Shown here piece by piece: positions 45,846-57,007 of a stretch of 64,000 nucleotides of DNA. Positions within the stretch are counted from its first letter, which is position 1, and each line of letters opens with the position of its first letter. The position numbers and the translations under genes were made by a program. The notes under the pieces were generated by a model that had not been told where the DNA came from, searched no databases, and was given only the letters and a program-made list of their open reading frames with translations. The DNA comes from Candidatus Latescibacterota bacterium. GTDB taxonomy: Bacteria; Latescibacterota; UBA2968. The stretch is from the NCBI GenBank assembly GCA_965198115.1, contig OZ240241.1, forward strand, positions 3,360,001 through 3,424,000, written 5' to 3'.

Positions 45846-48800
45846 TTGAGCTTTAAGCGATTCTGTTGGCGCGCCAACCAGCCGGGAATCCTCCTCGTAG
45901 CCCTCTTTACCCTGTGGGGAAGCCGTACGAGCGCCGAAATCGGCCTCGCAGCTCCCGATCCGCTCCGGATGGATCGGTTCGCGGCCAAACCCCCTCGCAA
46001 CCTCGCTCCCAAGAAGACCTGGCCCCCCCAGCACGACGTCACCCCCTCCCGTTTTCTCGACGTCGGGGCCCGTCTCCTCGAACAGGAATCGATGCGGATC
46101 ATGGTCTTCGAGGAGATGGGGGGCGTACCGCACGGGCTGCCCCTCGTCATGCAGCTGGCCGAATGGAACCGCCTCCGTCACCACCACGACGCCACGCGCT
46201 TCCTCACTGCCCAGCTTGGGCGCGAAATACGTCGTCGAGCGGGCGACCGGGGCGGTCTCGTCGACATTAAGATCCCATTCCGCGTACCCAAGGGGCTGAG
46301 CGCCCTCACCGGCGAGGGTGAAACTCGTCTGAACATTACCGCACGCCAGCGGATGGATCTTTCAGGCATCAGCCAGTTCACGGACGGCGAGGCCCAATCG
46401 GCGGCCACTCGGAATTCCAAGTTTCCGACGATCGCCTTCGAGCAGGAATCGCAAGTGAACGTCAACGGCGAGATCGGCGACAAAATCACCGTCAACCTCG
46501 AGCAGAATAGCAACCGGCAGCTCGACCTGAGCGAATCCCTCCGTCTACGCTACACCGGCGACGAAGACGCCATCATCCACACCGTTGAAGCGGGCAACAC
46601 GAACCTCAACCTCCCCGGCACCCGGCTCATCGGCTTCAACGCCGGCCGCGGCGGCCTATTCGGCATCAAGGGCGAAGGGACACTCGGCGGGTTCGACCTC
46701 ACCGTCGTCACCACGCAGGACAAAGGCTCGAGCAACCGCAAGACCTTCCAGGGCCAGGCCGAAGAGTTCTCCGACGAGATTCGCGATTTCGCCTATATGG
46801 AGAACGTCTACTTCTTCTTCGACCGGGTCCACCGTCGTGCCTTTCCCTACGAACCACCTGCCAGAGACCTGATCGACATCAACAGCGTCGACGTCTACGT
46901 CAACGACTTCAACGACCTGAACGACATCGAGGACCGTGCCTTTCCGGGTCTGGCCCTCAGCGTCTGGTCGAGCAACGGAACACCCGACGAAACGACGTCT
47001 CGCGAACGCCCCGGCGGCATCGAAGAGGGCGCGTTCCACCAGCTCGAACGGACAACCTACCAGATCGACCCGCGTGGGTATCTCGTTCTCACCAACACCC
47101 GCGTGTCGGGTGGCGCGGCCCTCGCGGTCGCCTACCGCACGACCGACGGCCGCAATTTCGGCGACGTCGGCTACATCCAGGGTGCGAACACGCCCCGCGT
47201 TCAGCTCAAGCTCCTCAAGTCGAAGAACCAGACGAGCAGCTCGGAGACGTGGGACCTCGCGTGGAAGAATGTCTACAGCCTGAGTGGTCGCAACATCGAG
47301 CCCGAAGGGTTCGACCTCCGCATCCTCAAGGAGATCCCCGGCCAGGAGGACCTCGACAGCGAGGGGGGCAAACCCTACATCCAGCTCTTCCAACTCGACA
47401 CCCACACGAACAACTCGTCGGCTTCCTCCCCCCCCGACAACCGGGTCGACACAGACAACGGCAACAACATTCCGGGCCTGAACCTGGCTCTCGGCCACCT
47501 CGTCTTCCCGTTCCTCGAACCCTTCGGCGACGCCGGATCGGACAGCGCCCCGATCGCCGAGCCAGTCCCCGAACTCTACACCGAGAACAACCGCACGACA
47601 CGGGCGGAAAAGAGCAAATACTTCATGCGCTTCACCTCTCGCAGCAGGGCCACGCGGTTCAACCTCGCGGCAGGCGTGATCGAGGGGAGCGAAGTCGTCC
47701 GCCTCAACAATCGCCAGCTCGTGCGCGGGACCGACTACACGATCGACTACAATTTTGGGTCCATCTCCTTCATCGGCGCCGCAGCCGACCAGGTGTCGGA
47801 CCCGACCGCCAACCTCAAGATCGACTTCGACTCGAAGGATCCTTTTGGCGGATTCGGTCAGCAGAAGAGTCTGCTCGGCGTACGCCTCGAGCACGCCCTC
47901 GACGACCAGTTCTCCTTCCTCGGCATGACGATGCTCTACAGCAGCCAGTCTACACCCGGGCAGCGCGTGCGGGTGGGGCAAGAGCCCGCTCGCACGTTCA
48001 TCTGGGACGCCAACGCGCGACTGCGCTACCGGCCCGAGATCCTGACCGACATCGTCAACTGGATTCCGTTCGTCAACTCATCACAGCAGTCTCAGATGGA
48101 CATCGATCTCGAGGTCGCCCAGAGCATTCCAAACCCCAACACCAAGGGAATCGCCTACGTCGATGATTTCGAGGGAACTCAGGAGGAGCTGCGATTCCCG
48201 ATCTTCAAAAACTCGTGGACGCAAGCGAGCACACCGGTCAGAAACGGCCGGGCTCTCGATTCCGACATCATCCGGAAGGGTCGTCTCACGTGGTACACGC
48301 CGATCACGCGCGATCGCATATCACAGCTCGAGATCCAGCCCAACCGCACCGACCTGACGACCGAGCAGGCCATCATCGACATCCTCCAACTCCGGTTCGA
48401 AGCCGCACGGACCCTCGGAGACGGCCTCCCCGGATTCCCCGATCGGATTCGGGACAACACACGGGGTCGTCCGGAAAACTCGTGGGCGGGGATTATGTCA
48501 AACCTGGGCGGCTGGGACCTCTCGCGATCCAAATTCCTCGAAGTCTGGATCAGAGGGTCCGGGGGCAAACTGCACATCGACCTGGGAGAAGTGTCGGAGC
48601 GGATCGACCTGCCACTGGGTGGCCTGAGCGACCAGTTCAGAACCGAGGATGAGCCGATCGGCGGGCTCCTCACGGGCGACGGCATCGCGACGGCAGCCGA
48701 GGACCTCGGACTCGACGGGCTCGCCGATCAAGAGGAGGCCGTTCTGTTCTCACAAAAATGGCCGGGCGTGCCCGTCCCCGACGACCCCGCGGGCGACAAC

Positions 48801-51800
48801 TTCGACGACGTGAACACCGACAGGGGTCGGAACGATCCCGACCGCTATCCATCGGGCCTCAACGGCACGCAAGGCAACAGCCCGGAGCGCAACTCCCTGC
48901 CCGACACGGAAGACCTGAACAAAAACGGCTTTCTCGACCAAGAGAATAACTTCGTCCGCTACAGCGTCGACCTCGCCACGGACCGAGGGTTCAACGCCGA
49001 ATCGGGCTCCTACACGGATGGCGTGTCCGTGCTCGTCGAGGGCACGCGATCGGACAGCTCCAACACACCGTGGCGTCTGATCCGCATCCCTCTTCGCGGC
49101 CAGCGGTCTCCCCGAACGATCGAGGGAACACCCGACACGACCTTCTCCTCGCTCATCGACTTCGCCAGGGTCTGGATCGAACACAACGCATCGCGAGAGG
49201 AGATTTCGATCTGGGAATTCAAGGCGGTCGGCAACGACTGGCAGGAGGACGATCAGCCTCCCACGAACATTTCCGGAGATTTCGAAGTCTCCAGCATCGG
49301 AACCGACAACCCGATCTACGTCCCGCCACCCAACCTCGAACTCGAACAGGACCCGACGACCGGCCTGATCCTCACGGAACGGTCGCTGGCCGTCAATTTC
49401 GAAGACCTGGCCGTCGGCGAGACGATCACGGCCTCCCGAACCTTCGTGCAGGGCGAGGACTACACGCGCTACAGCAAGATGCGTCTCTTCGTCCACGGCG
49501 GCGACAACCCCGACACCTTCCCCGCCCCACAGGACAGCGCCGGAGCGGGCCTCACACCGCTCGAGCTGATCCTCAAGTTCAGCCCGAGCAAGGGCGATAC
49601 ACTGAACGTCTACGAATTCCACCGGAGCGTCTACGAGGGCTGGGAGTCCAACACCCTCGAGATCGACCTCGAGCTGATGACCCAGCTCAAGGGTCAGCTG
49701 CTCGATTTTCGTACGGCCCGACTCGAGTCGGATTCGACGACCCTTTCGCTCTCAGCCGGCGAGATCCTCGTCGCCTACAGCAAGGAGCGAAACCAGATTC
49801 GGACACTCGGGCCCGAACCGACCTACATCGTGCGCGGAAACCCCTCGCTCAACCGCATCAAGTCCTTCACGCTCGGCCTCCACAACCGTTCGGACAGCGT
49901 GACGGTCGGGGGCGTCGCCCTCGTCGGTCGGCCGCTTTCGGGTGAGCTCTGGGTCGACGAGCTCACGGTCGACGGCATCCGTAAGAACAAGGCCATTTCG
50001 GCGCTCGCGAGCGTCAGGACCGTCCTGGCCGATCTCGGAAACCTCAACCTCGAACTCGAGCGTCGGAGCGGTGACTTCCAGGACTTGCAGGGGGCCGCCT
50101 CCGGGAACACGACGTCACGCATCGTCCTCAACACCGACATGAATCTGGACAAACTCTTGCCTCAACAGTGGCAGACGTCGATTCCCATACGCTACAGCTA
50201 CAATCGAACCAGTTCCGTACCTCGTATTCGCCGAGGGTCGGACATCGTGCTGACTTCAGATCAGCAAGCGAATGAGAGCGACGTCAACAGCCAAAGCCGG
50301 CTCAACCTGACGTTTCGAAAGCGGGCTGCACGTGAAGATCCGCGGCTCCTCTCCCTCGTGCTCTTCGATCGGGTCGATGCGTCGGTCAATCTCGTGAGCT
50401 CGAGCACCACGAACGGCGCCATCACCCGTCGCAGGGCGAACAAGAACGACCAGCTCACGGGCACGTTTAACTATAACCTGAACCTGCCACAGAAGAAATC
50501 GATCAAACTGTTCAAGTGGGTCCCGGTTTTCAAGTCCGTCAAGGAATCGGAATTCTTCTATCTTCCGTCGACCGTCCGCTACGGCATTCGGTTCAATCGA
50601 AACATTCGCGATCAGCGGGACTTTTCCGCCGTGCCAGGGGACACGCTCAACGCGCCGATTGAGACCCACACTGAGAACTTCAACCTGAACGAGAGCTACG
50701 ACATCAAGCTCCTCCCGTTCCGCAGCCTCACCGCCAACTACAAGCTCGGTATCGACCGCGACCTGCGTGGGGCGCTCAAGGTTTCGGGTCTGCAGTTCGG
50801 CCACGAAACCGGGCGCACACAGACCTTCACGGTCGGCTTCACACCCAAGATCTTTCGGTGGTTGACGACCAACGCGCAATACAACGCCAACTATCGCGAT
50901 AACCTCGAAACCGGCGGTCAGCGAATCGCCATCGGCAACCTTCGTCGCGGTCTGACGGTCAACAACCAGAATCAGGGCAGTCTGCGGCTCGGGTTTAACT
51001 TTGCCACGTTCTTCCGCGGTCTGGCCCGCCCCAAGCGCAATGTCTTCCTCCGCCTCATCGGCCGCGCCGGCGCAACCGTGAACAACGTGAACACCTCCGT
51101 CGCCCGGACAAAACGGCTGGGCCTGTTCGGCTTGAGGAAGAGGCCCTCGGCCGCGTATCAGTTCGGATTTGCGGACACGACGCAGGTGGCCACGTTCGAG
51201 ACGGGGGGCCTGACCCGCACCAACTCCAAGTCGGTTCAGGACCGCGCCGACGTCGGTGCCTCCATTCGCCTTCCTGCCGGGTTCAGCGTTCAGTCGAACG
51301 CCAACTACAACCACAACAGGACGTTCAACAACGCGAGCACCGAAGAGAAGCTGACGACCCTGCCCGACCTGAACTTTAGCTGGAGAGGCGTCGAGCGACT
51401 ACCGATTCTGCGCTGGCTCTGGACGAGTGGCAACGTGAACTCAAGTTTCCAGCAGTCCAAAACGAAACGTGGCGAGCCGGCCGTCCTCGACGGTGTTTTC
51501 CACGCTCTGGACACCCTCACGATCACCAACGATATTCGAGCCACACAGCTCAGCCCGATGGTTTCCCTTTCTACCCGCTGGAAGAACGGCATGTCGACGA
51601 CGGTTCAGACCACACGCACGAAGACGACGGACCTTCGTTTCCAGCGCAACATCCAAAAAAACGACGAGGGTCGCTTCCCCACCCAGGCAGAGCGCACGAT
51701 CGGAACGACGATCACCAGGGCGACGAACCTGCGTGCGCAGATGCGTTATTCCATCAAGCCCAGCATTTTTGGCACGTTGGAGAGCAACATCGATCTCGAC

Positions 51801-52094
51801 CTCACCTTCGACAGGACCGGGAACACGACGCTCGAAATTCCACGACAGATCGACGCCGTCCCCCCACCCGACCCCGATCCCAACACCGACCCGGACCCGA
51901 CAATTGATGAATCGGGCGGCCAGTTCCGGCGGAACGAAGCCAGCTGGCGAGCCCAGATCGGGGCACAGTATCGCTTCAGCAGCCACTTCACGGGAGGGAT
52001 GTCTTTCGGCCACCAGCGAAGACGCGACAAGCTGCGTGAGTTAACGAACCTCTCTTACGAGTTCCGGCTGTTCGGCGAGATCGAATTCAACTGA
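45846..52094 (+). CDS. sprA: SprA/Sov-like type IX secretion outer-membrane translocon; start uncertain
   Basis: About 2080 aa with L.Y.G.ED.II..VEAGN..L.LPG, GLFGIK, AYVDDFEG, PDTEDLN.NG and LWVDEL motifs, a beta-strand-rich C-terminus and a terminal aromatic residue. Confidence 0.85.
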   Translation: MSFKRFCWRANQPGILLVALFTLWGSRTSAEIGLAAPDPLRMDRFAAKPPRNLAPKKTWPPQHDVTPSRFLDVGARLLEQESMRIMVFEEMGGVPHGLPLVMQLAEWNRLRHHHDATRFLTAQLGREIRRRAGDRGGLVDIKIPFRVPKGLSALTGEGETRLNITARQRMDLSGISQFTDGEAQSAATRNSKFPTIAFEQESQVNVNGEIGDKITVNLEQNSNRQLDLSESLRLRYTGDEDAIIHTVEAGNTNLNLPGTRLIGFNAGRGGLFGIKGEGTLGGFDLTVVTTQDKGSSNRKTFQGQAEEFSDEIRDFAYMENVYFFFDRVHRRAFPYEPPARDLIDINSVDVYVNDFNDLNDIEDRAFPGLALSVWSSNGTPDETTSRERPGGIEEGAFHQLERTTYQIDPRGYLVLTNTRVSGGAALAVAYRTTDGRNFGDVGYIQGANTPRVQLKLLKSKNQTSSSETWDLAWKNVYSLSGRNIEPEGFDLRILKEIPGQEDLDSEGGKPYIQLFQLDTHTNNSSASSPPDNRVDTDNGNNIPGLNLALGHLVFPFLEPFGDAGSDSAPIAEPVPELYTENNRTTRAEKSKYFMRFTSRSRATRFNLAAGVIEGSEVVRLNNRQLVRGTDYTIDYNFGSISFIGAAADQVSDPTANLKIDFDSKDPFGGFGQQKSLLGVRLEHALDDQFSFLGMTMLYSSQSTPGQRVRVGQEPARTFIWDANARLRYRPEILTDIVNWIPFVNSSQQSQMDIDLEVAQSIPNPNTKGIAYVDDFEGTQEELRFPIFKNSWTQASTPVRNGRALDSDIIRKGRLTWYTPITRDRISQLEIQPNRTDLTTEQAIIDILQLRFEAARTLGDGLPGFPDRIRDNTRGRPENSWAGIMSNLGGWDLSRSKFLEVWIRGSGGKLHIDLGEVSERIDLPLGGLSDQFRTEDEPIGGLLTGDGIATAAEDLGLDGLADQEEAVLFSQKWPGVPVPDDPAGDNFDDVNTDRGRNDPDRYPSGLNGTQGNSPERNSLPDTEDLNKNGFLDQENNFVRYSVDLATDRGFNAESGSYTDGVSVLVEGTRSDSSNTPWRLIRIPLRGQRSPRTIEGTPDTTFSSLIDFARVWIEHNASREEISIWEFKAVGNDWQEDDQPPTNISGDFEVSSIGTDNPIYVPPPNLELEQDPTTGLILTERSLAVNFEDLAVGETITASRTFVQGEDYTRYSKMRLFVHGGDNPDTFPAPQDSAGAGLTPLELILKFSPSKGDTLNVYEFHRSVYEGWESNTLEIDLELMTQLKGQLLDFRTARLESDSTTLSLSAGEILVAYSKERNQIRTLGPEPTYIVRGNPSLNRIKSFTLGLHNRSDSVTVGGVALVGRPLSGELWVDELTVDGIRKNKAISALASVRTVLADLGNLNLELERRSGDFQDLQGAASGNTTSRIVLNTDMNLDKLLPQQWQTSIPIRYSYNRTSSVPRIRRGSDIVLTSDQQANESDVNSQSRLNLTFRKRAAREDPRLLSLVLFDRVDASVNLVSSSTTNGAITRRRANKNDQLTGTFNYNLNLPQKKSIKLFKWVPVFKSVKESEFFYLPSTVRYGIRFNRNIRDQRDFSAVPGDTLNAPIETHTENFNLNESYDIKLLPFRSLTANYKLGIDRDLRGALKVSGLQFGHETGRTQTFTVGFTPKIFRWLTTNAQYNANYRDNLETGGQRIAIGNLRRGLTVNNQNQGSLRLGFNFATFFRGLARPKRNVFLRLIGRAGATVNNVNTSVARTKRLGLFGLRKRPSAAYQFGFADTTQVATFETGGLTRTNSKSVQDRADVGASIRLPAGFSVQSNANYNHNRTFNNASTEEKLTTLPDLNFSWRGVERLPILRWLWTSGNVNSSFQQSKTKRGEPAVLDGVFHALDTLTITNDIRATQLSPMVSLSTRWKNGMSTTVQTTRTKTTDLRFQRNIQKNDEGRFPTQAERTIGTTITRATNLRAQMRYSIKPSIFGTLESNIDLDLTFDRTGNTTLEIPRQIDAVPPPDPDPNTDPDPTIDESGGQFRRNEASWRAQIGAQYRFSSHFTGGMSFGHQRRRDKLRELTNLSYEFRLFGEIEFN

Positions 52095-52106
52095 TCTGGA
52101 GCGCCC

Positions 52107-52505
52107 GTGACCTTCAACCGAAACGAGCAGATGGCCCTGATCGTTCTCTGTGGAGCCCTGCTCCTCGGCTCGGCCATCAGCTTGTACGACTACCTCTGGC
52201 CCGACGACATCGAAGACTTCCACGTCCACAAGGCCGCGATCCCGGTTCCCGCAGCCGCCGAGCCCACACTCGACGACACGGACCCGGCAGGTCGCGCCCA
52301 CGCCATCCTCATCGACATCAATACCGCCTCGCTCACGGACCTCCAGACCTTGCCCCGCATCGGGCCCCGGACTGCCGAGCGCATCGTCGACCACCGTACG
52401 GCCAACGGTCCCTTTCTCGCCATCGACGATCTCACAGCCGTCCGTGGGATCGGACCCAAGCGCCTGGCCGAACTCAAACCTCTCATCACCGCCTCTCCCC
52501 CCTGA
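52107..52505 (+). CDS. comEA: ComEA-family helix-hairpin-helix DNA-binding protein
   Basis: IDINTAS...LQTLP.IGP..A.RI and V.GIGPK motifs; N-terminal transmembrane helix. Confidence 0.85.
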   Translation: MTFNRNEQMALIVLCGALLLGSAISLYDYLWPDDIEDFHVHKAAIPVPAAAEPTLDDTDPAGRAHAILIDINTASLTDLQTLPRIGPRTAERIVDHRTANGPFLAIDDLTAVRGIGPKRLAELKPLITASPP

Positions 52506-53341
52506 TGTCCGACTTGGGCCTCCACCTTGGCGAGAGGGACATCGTCTCCGCCACACTCGACGACGACCATATCGACACCCACGACCGCGCCGAATGGCAC
52601 GGACCCGGGCAGGATATGAGGGCATTCGTCGACCGCATCGTGGAAGCCGTCGGCAACCTGGATTCAGGCCACCTCGATGGGGTCTGGATCGTTCTACCAC
52701 CTGGCTACATCCATCTGAGGAGAGTACCGCTCGAAATCGCCGGCGATCGAGACCGTCAGCGGCATCTGGCTTGGGAAGCGGCCCAGACCCTGAGCCATCC
52801 CACCGATGATCTCGTCCTGCGCCACTGGGCGAGCGGTAGTTCGGCAATATGGGAAGCTGTCAGAGCCGACCTCGTCGATCGTCTTGCCCAGCAACTCGAG
52901 GATGCAGGACACCGACTAGGAGGGGTCTGTGCCGAGCCCGTTGCCCTGTATCACGCCCTTCTCGATGGATCGGACACCTGGCGGGCAGGAGTGGCCCTCT
53001 CCAAAGACTGGATATCCGTGGCGGCCGGGACGGACAACGCCCTGGTGTTGGCCGAGTCGATCAGGATCGACGCGCCGAGCAGGCAAAGCCTGGAGGATCT
53101 GGCCGACCTCGTGGCCAGCCGTATCCGGGGGCGTGCCGAACGCTACGCGTCCTTCGCCGTGGCCGGTCAGGACGAGACCCAGCTCGAACCCTTTGCACAG
53201 CACCTCGGAACTGCGGCCGGCATGAAAACCCCTCTGCTCGGGGCAGCCGCCCCGTCCGATTCGGTCGGTGGTGAACCGGTCACGCGGATCGCTCTGGCTG
53301 CTGGGGCAACCCGCTCTTCCCGAACAGGAATCCCATCATGA
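52505..53341 (+). CDS. Hypothetical protein, possibly PilM-like
   Basis: Translationally coupled between comEA and coaD; weak actin-fold-like pattern. Confidence 0.5.
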   Translation: MSDLGLHLGERDIVSATLDDDHIDTHDRAEWHGPGQDMRAFVDRIVEAVGNLDSGHLDGVWIVLPPGYIHLRRVPLEIAGDRDRQRHLAWEAAQTLSHPTDDLVLRHWASGSSAIWEAVRADLVDRLAQQLEDAGHRLGGVCAEPVALYHALLDGSDTWRAGVALSKDWISVAAGTDNALVLAESIRIDAPSRQSLEDLADLVASRIRGRAERYASFAVAGQDETQLEPFAQHLGTAAGMKTPLLGAAAPSDSVGGEPVTRIALAAGATRSSRTGIPS

Positions 53342-53817
53342 TCACAGCGCTGTATCCTGGTTCGTTCGATCCAGTCACCTATGGCCACGTCGACCTCATC
53401 ACCCGGGCCCTCACCATCTTCGACAGGATCGTCGTCGCCGTGGGTGAGAACCCCGCAAAACGTCCGCTCTTTAAGGCAGCAGAACGGGTCGACCTGATCC
53501 GCCTCGCCACCCGGGAGGACTGCATCGAAGTCGACCACTACACCGGCCTGACGGTTCACTATGCGAGGGAGCGGCAGATCCATACCATCATCCGCTGTCT
53601 CCGAACGACAGGCGAATACGAAACCGAGCTCGGGTGGGCTTCGGCCAACCGACGACTGCTGCCCGAGCTCGAGGCCGTCTACTTTCTTCCCAGCCCCGAA
53701 TACGCTCACCTGAGTTCCACCGTCGTACGCGAAATCGCACAGTTCGGAGGCGATCTGTCCCCGTTCGTGCCGTCGCACGTCGAATCGGCCCTGAAAGCGA
53801 AGTTCCCCTCCGCCTGA
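53338..53817 (+). CDS. coaD: Phosphopantetheine adenylyltransferase
   Basis: YPGSFDPVTYGH and LSSTVVREIA motifs. Confidence 0.96.
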   Translation: MITALYPGSFDPVTYGHVDLITRALTIFDRIVVAVGENPAKRPLFKAAERVDLIRLATREDCIEVDHYTGLTVHYARERQIHTIIRCLRTTGEYETELGWASANRRLLPELEAVYFLPSPEYAHLSSTVVREIAQFGGDLSPFVPSHVESALKAKFPSA

Positions 53818-53886
53818 TTTCCGCCTCTTTCGTCCCCTTGGCAGGTCGGAACCGGACTGGCTATACTTGAGTCTGGGAGATCACTC

Positions 53887-54882
53887 GTGTTCGTCGACGA
53901 AACCACAATTCACGCACGCTCGGGGTCGGGCGGGAACGGATGCAGCAGCTTCCGCCGGGAAAAGTTTGTGCCCAGGGGTGGGCCCGACGGCGGCGACGGC
54001 GGCGGCGGCGGCGATGTTGTCTGTCAGGTCGACACCCACCTGTCGACGCTTCTCGACCAGCGCTACCAGCAGCACGCCAGGGCCGAGCGAGGCGGTCACG
54101 GAATGGGCAAGAACCGAACCGGCACCCGTGGCGACGACTACATCATCCGAGTGCCCCCCGGCACCGTCGTCCGCGACGCCGAATCCGGGCAGATTCTCGC
54201 CGACCTGACCGATCCCGACGAGCAGGAGATCATCCTCCAGGGTGGCCGGGGCGGTCGCGGCAACGCCCGATTCGCGAGTCCCACGAACCGGGCTCCCGAG
54301 CGGTCCGACGACGGATCGCCCGGCGAGGAAAGGGTGATCGAACTCGAGCTCAAGCTGATCGCCGACGTCGGACTCGTTGGGCACCCCAACGCGGGCAAGT
54401 CTACTCTCCTGTCGCGTCTGTCGGCCGCCCACCCAAAAATCGCAGACTACCCGTTCACGACCCTTCAGCCCAACCTGGGCATCGTTGCGTGTGGCCACTA
54501 CGACAGCTTCGTACTGGCCGACATCCCCGGGTTGATCGAAGGGGCTCACCAGGGCAAGGGACTCGGATTTCAGTTCCTCCGTCACATCGAGCGCACTCGC
54601 GTGCTTCTCTACGTCGTCGACATTTCCGCAGCCGACCCGCTCCGAGACCTCACCATCCTTCGTAAGGAACTCGAGCACTTCAGCCCGGCCCTGCTGCGAA
54701 AGCGGGCGTTGCTCGCGGCCACGAAGGTCGACACGTGTCCCCCCGACGAACGACAGGGCGTCCTGATCGGCAACGAGCCGGCCCTGCCGATCTCTTCGGT
54801 CACGGGCAAAGGACTGCCCGACCTTCTGGTTGACCTTGGCAATCTCGTGCGTCAATCCCGGCTCGACGAGCAGAACACGTGA
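53887..54882 (+). CDS. obgE: GTPase ObgE/CgtA
   Basis: FRREKFVPRGGPDGGDGG, GHPNAGKST, YPFTTL and DIPGLIEGA motifs. Confidence 0.97.
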   Translation: MFVDETTIHARSGSGGNGCSSFRREKFVPRGGPDGGDGGGGGDVVCQVDTHLSTLLDQRYQQHARAERGGHGMGKNRTGTRGDDYIIRVPPGTVVRDAESGQILADLTDPDEQEIILQGGRGGRGNARFASPTNRAPERSDDGSPGEERVIELELKLIADVGLVGHPNAGKSTLLSRLSAAHPKIADYPFTTLQPNLGIVACGHYDSFVLADIPGLIEGAHQGKGLGFQFLRHIERTRVLLYVVDISAADPLRDLTILRKELEHFSPALLRKRALLAATKVDTCPPDERQGVLIGNEPALPISSVTGKGLPDLLVDLGNLVRQSRLDEQNT

Positions 54883-55967
54883 GCACGGTCGACGACGATC
54901 GCCTGAGCGCCCTCGCGCTGCTCTCGGCGCCCGGTCTCGGGCCAACGGGTTACCGTGCCCTCCTTTCTCACTTCGGCAGCGCCGGACTGGCGCTGTGTGC
55001 ATCCTTCGACGACCTGTGCCGTGTCGGTGGCATCGGACTCGAGGTAGCCCGAGCCATTCGCGAAACCGATCGTGGGCAACCGAGCAGTTGGCAGCGTGCA
55101 ACGACCGCGGCGCCAGCATCCTCTGTTTGAACGACCCCGATTATCCCGACCTTCTCCGTCAAACCTACGCTCCACCCCCCATCCTGTTCCTGCTCGGAAA
55201 TCAGAAGCTGCTGACCTGCCCGGCTGTCGCCGTCGTCGGCTCGAGGACGAACTCGCCCTACGGAAAGGACGCGGCACGACAGCTCGCCGCCTCTCTCGTG
55301 CGCGCCGGCGTCGTCGTCGTTAGTGGCATGGCGCTGGGCATCGACGGCCACGCACATCGGGGGGCTCTCGATGCCGAAGGCGGAACGATCGCCGTTCTGG
55401 ACAGTGGCCTCGATCGACCCACACCGCCGAGTCACCTCCCACTTTTCAAAACGATCTCCAAGCGGGGTGCCGTCGTTTCGGAATTTCCCATCGGGACGCC
55501 CGCCGACCCGGGTCACTTCCCGCGTCGGAATCGCATCATCAGTGGCTTGAGTCTCGGAGTCGTCGTCGTCGAGGCCGGGCGCAAAAGTGGGTCCCTCATT
55601 ACCGCGCGTCTTGCCGTGGAGCAGGACCGCGACGTGTTCGCCGTACCGGGCCCTCTGGGCGCCAGCCAAAGTGAGGGGCCCCACGCGCTCATTCGCGATG
55701 GTGCGACGCTGATTCGTCACGCCGGGGACGTCCTCGAGCAACTCGGACTACAGACGTCGAAGGGACGCGTTCCAAAGACGGAGGGTCGGCCCCTGCAGCC
55801 GGACGAAGTGAAAATCATCGACAACCTGTACCGCCCCCATCCACGTCGACGACCTTGCGAACCAGGCAGGTTTGGCACTCCCGCACCTCTCTGCCCTTTT
55901 GCTCGGCCTCGAACTCGAAAACCAAGTCGCCCAACACCCCGGCCAGCGCTACACTCTCGTCGCATAA
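54879..55967 (+). CDS. dprA: DNA processing protein DprA with two frameshifts (about 55070 and 55830)
   Basis: The SAM domain, the Rossmann core (VVGSR, VSGMALGIDG, FPRRNRIISG) and the winged-helix tail (IHVDDL...LL.LEL) fall across three successive frame segments. Confidence 0.88.
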
Positions 55968-55997
55968 AAAAACCGGCGGTCGTTTGACCGCCGGTTC
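55968..55997. terminator. Terminator-like hairpin between convergent genes
   Basis: AACCGGCGGTC-GTTT-GACCGCCGGTT preceded by an A run. Confidence 0.75.
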
Positions 55998-56018
55998 AGG
56001 CAGACGCTGTCGATCTCT

Positions 56019-57007
56019 TCAAGCCGTCGGGGGTGTTTCGGTCTCGACTTCGGTCGTCTCCGGCTTTTCCAGCGCGGAATCGATGGCCGCCCGAACATCC
56101 GACAGCCTGAACGGCTTTTCGAGAATCCGGGTCGCTCTGGGATGGTTCAGTGCCGCTGCGAATTCGGGTCGGTCGAGATAGGCCGAGATGACGATCGCGG
56201 GCAGTCCTTCCGGCAGTCGATCCAGGAAAGCAATGCCGTCGATGTGCGGCATGTTGAGGTCCGTCATCACGACGTCGTAGTGTCTTTCCTCTTTCATCAG
56301 CTTGTGCAGAGCATCGAGGCCGTCGGGCGAACCCTCCAGCGCGTAAACTTCGTCCAGCGCTTCCGTCAAAAGTGTGCGTAGCTCGCCATTGTCGTCTACG
56401 ATCAGAACACGCGGTCTCGCGTCATCTTCCGCTCCGGTCTCCTCCACGGTCCCTCCGGCCGGAGCCGACGTAACGGTGCCCGTCGCTGCGGGAGCTCCCG
56501 CTGGCTGGGCAGCCGACACTTCGCCATCGCTGTCGTCGGATTCCGCCGACCCGGCGTCCTCATCTGCCTCCCCAGCCGACTCACCGTCATCCTGATCCAG
56601 ATCCGCTCCAGCCTCCGTGTCCGCTTCCATCGTGCTTCCGTTCTCAGCCTCGGCTTCGGCCGGCGCTGAGGAGGCAAAACCGCCCCCGTCGCCGAACCTG
56701 TGTGCTTTCGGTAGCCGAACACCTCCTCGTCCGTGGGTTCGTCCACGGGCGTGGCCCCGAACTTTTGAACGGCCACGAGCAACCGATCTTTCTCCTCCTC
56801 GATCTGTCGGAGCTGTTCCTCCGCGTCCTTCTTTTCACGCGCGAGCTGTCGCTCCGTCGCCCCGAGGGCCGATAACTTGGAACTCAACTCCCGATCATCG
56901 GTCTTCGCACGCTTCAGGTCCGTCTCCTCCTTGTTCAGGGCCATCGCCGTGAAGGCTTTGACGGCGATGACGATGCCCATGGCCCCGAGGAGAATGGCGT
57001 ATTCCAT
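56019..57007 (-). CDS. Membrane-anchored coiled-coil protein with an acidic linker and C-terminal receiver domain; frameshift near 56710
   Basis: ORF 56402..57007 gives the TM helix and coiled coil; ORF 56019..56630 gives the receiver (VLIVDD, TDLNMP, KPF). Confidence 0.7.
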
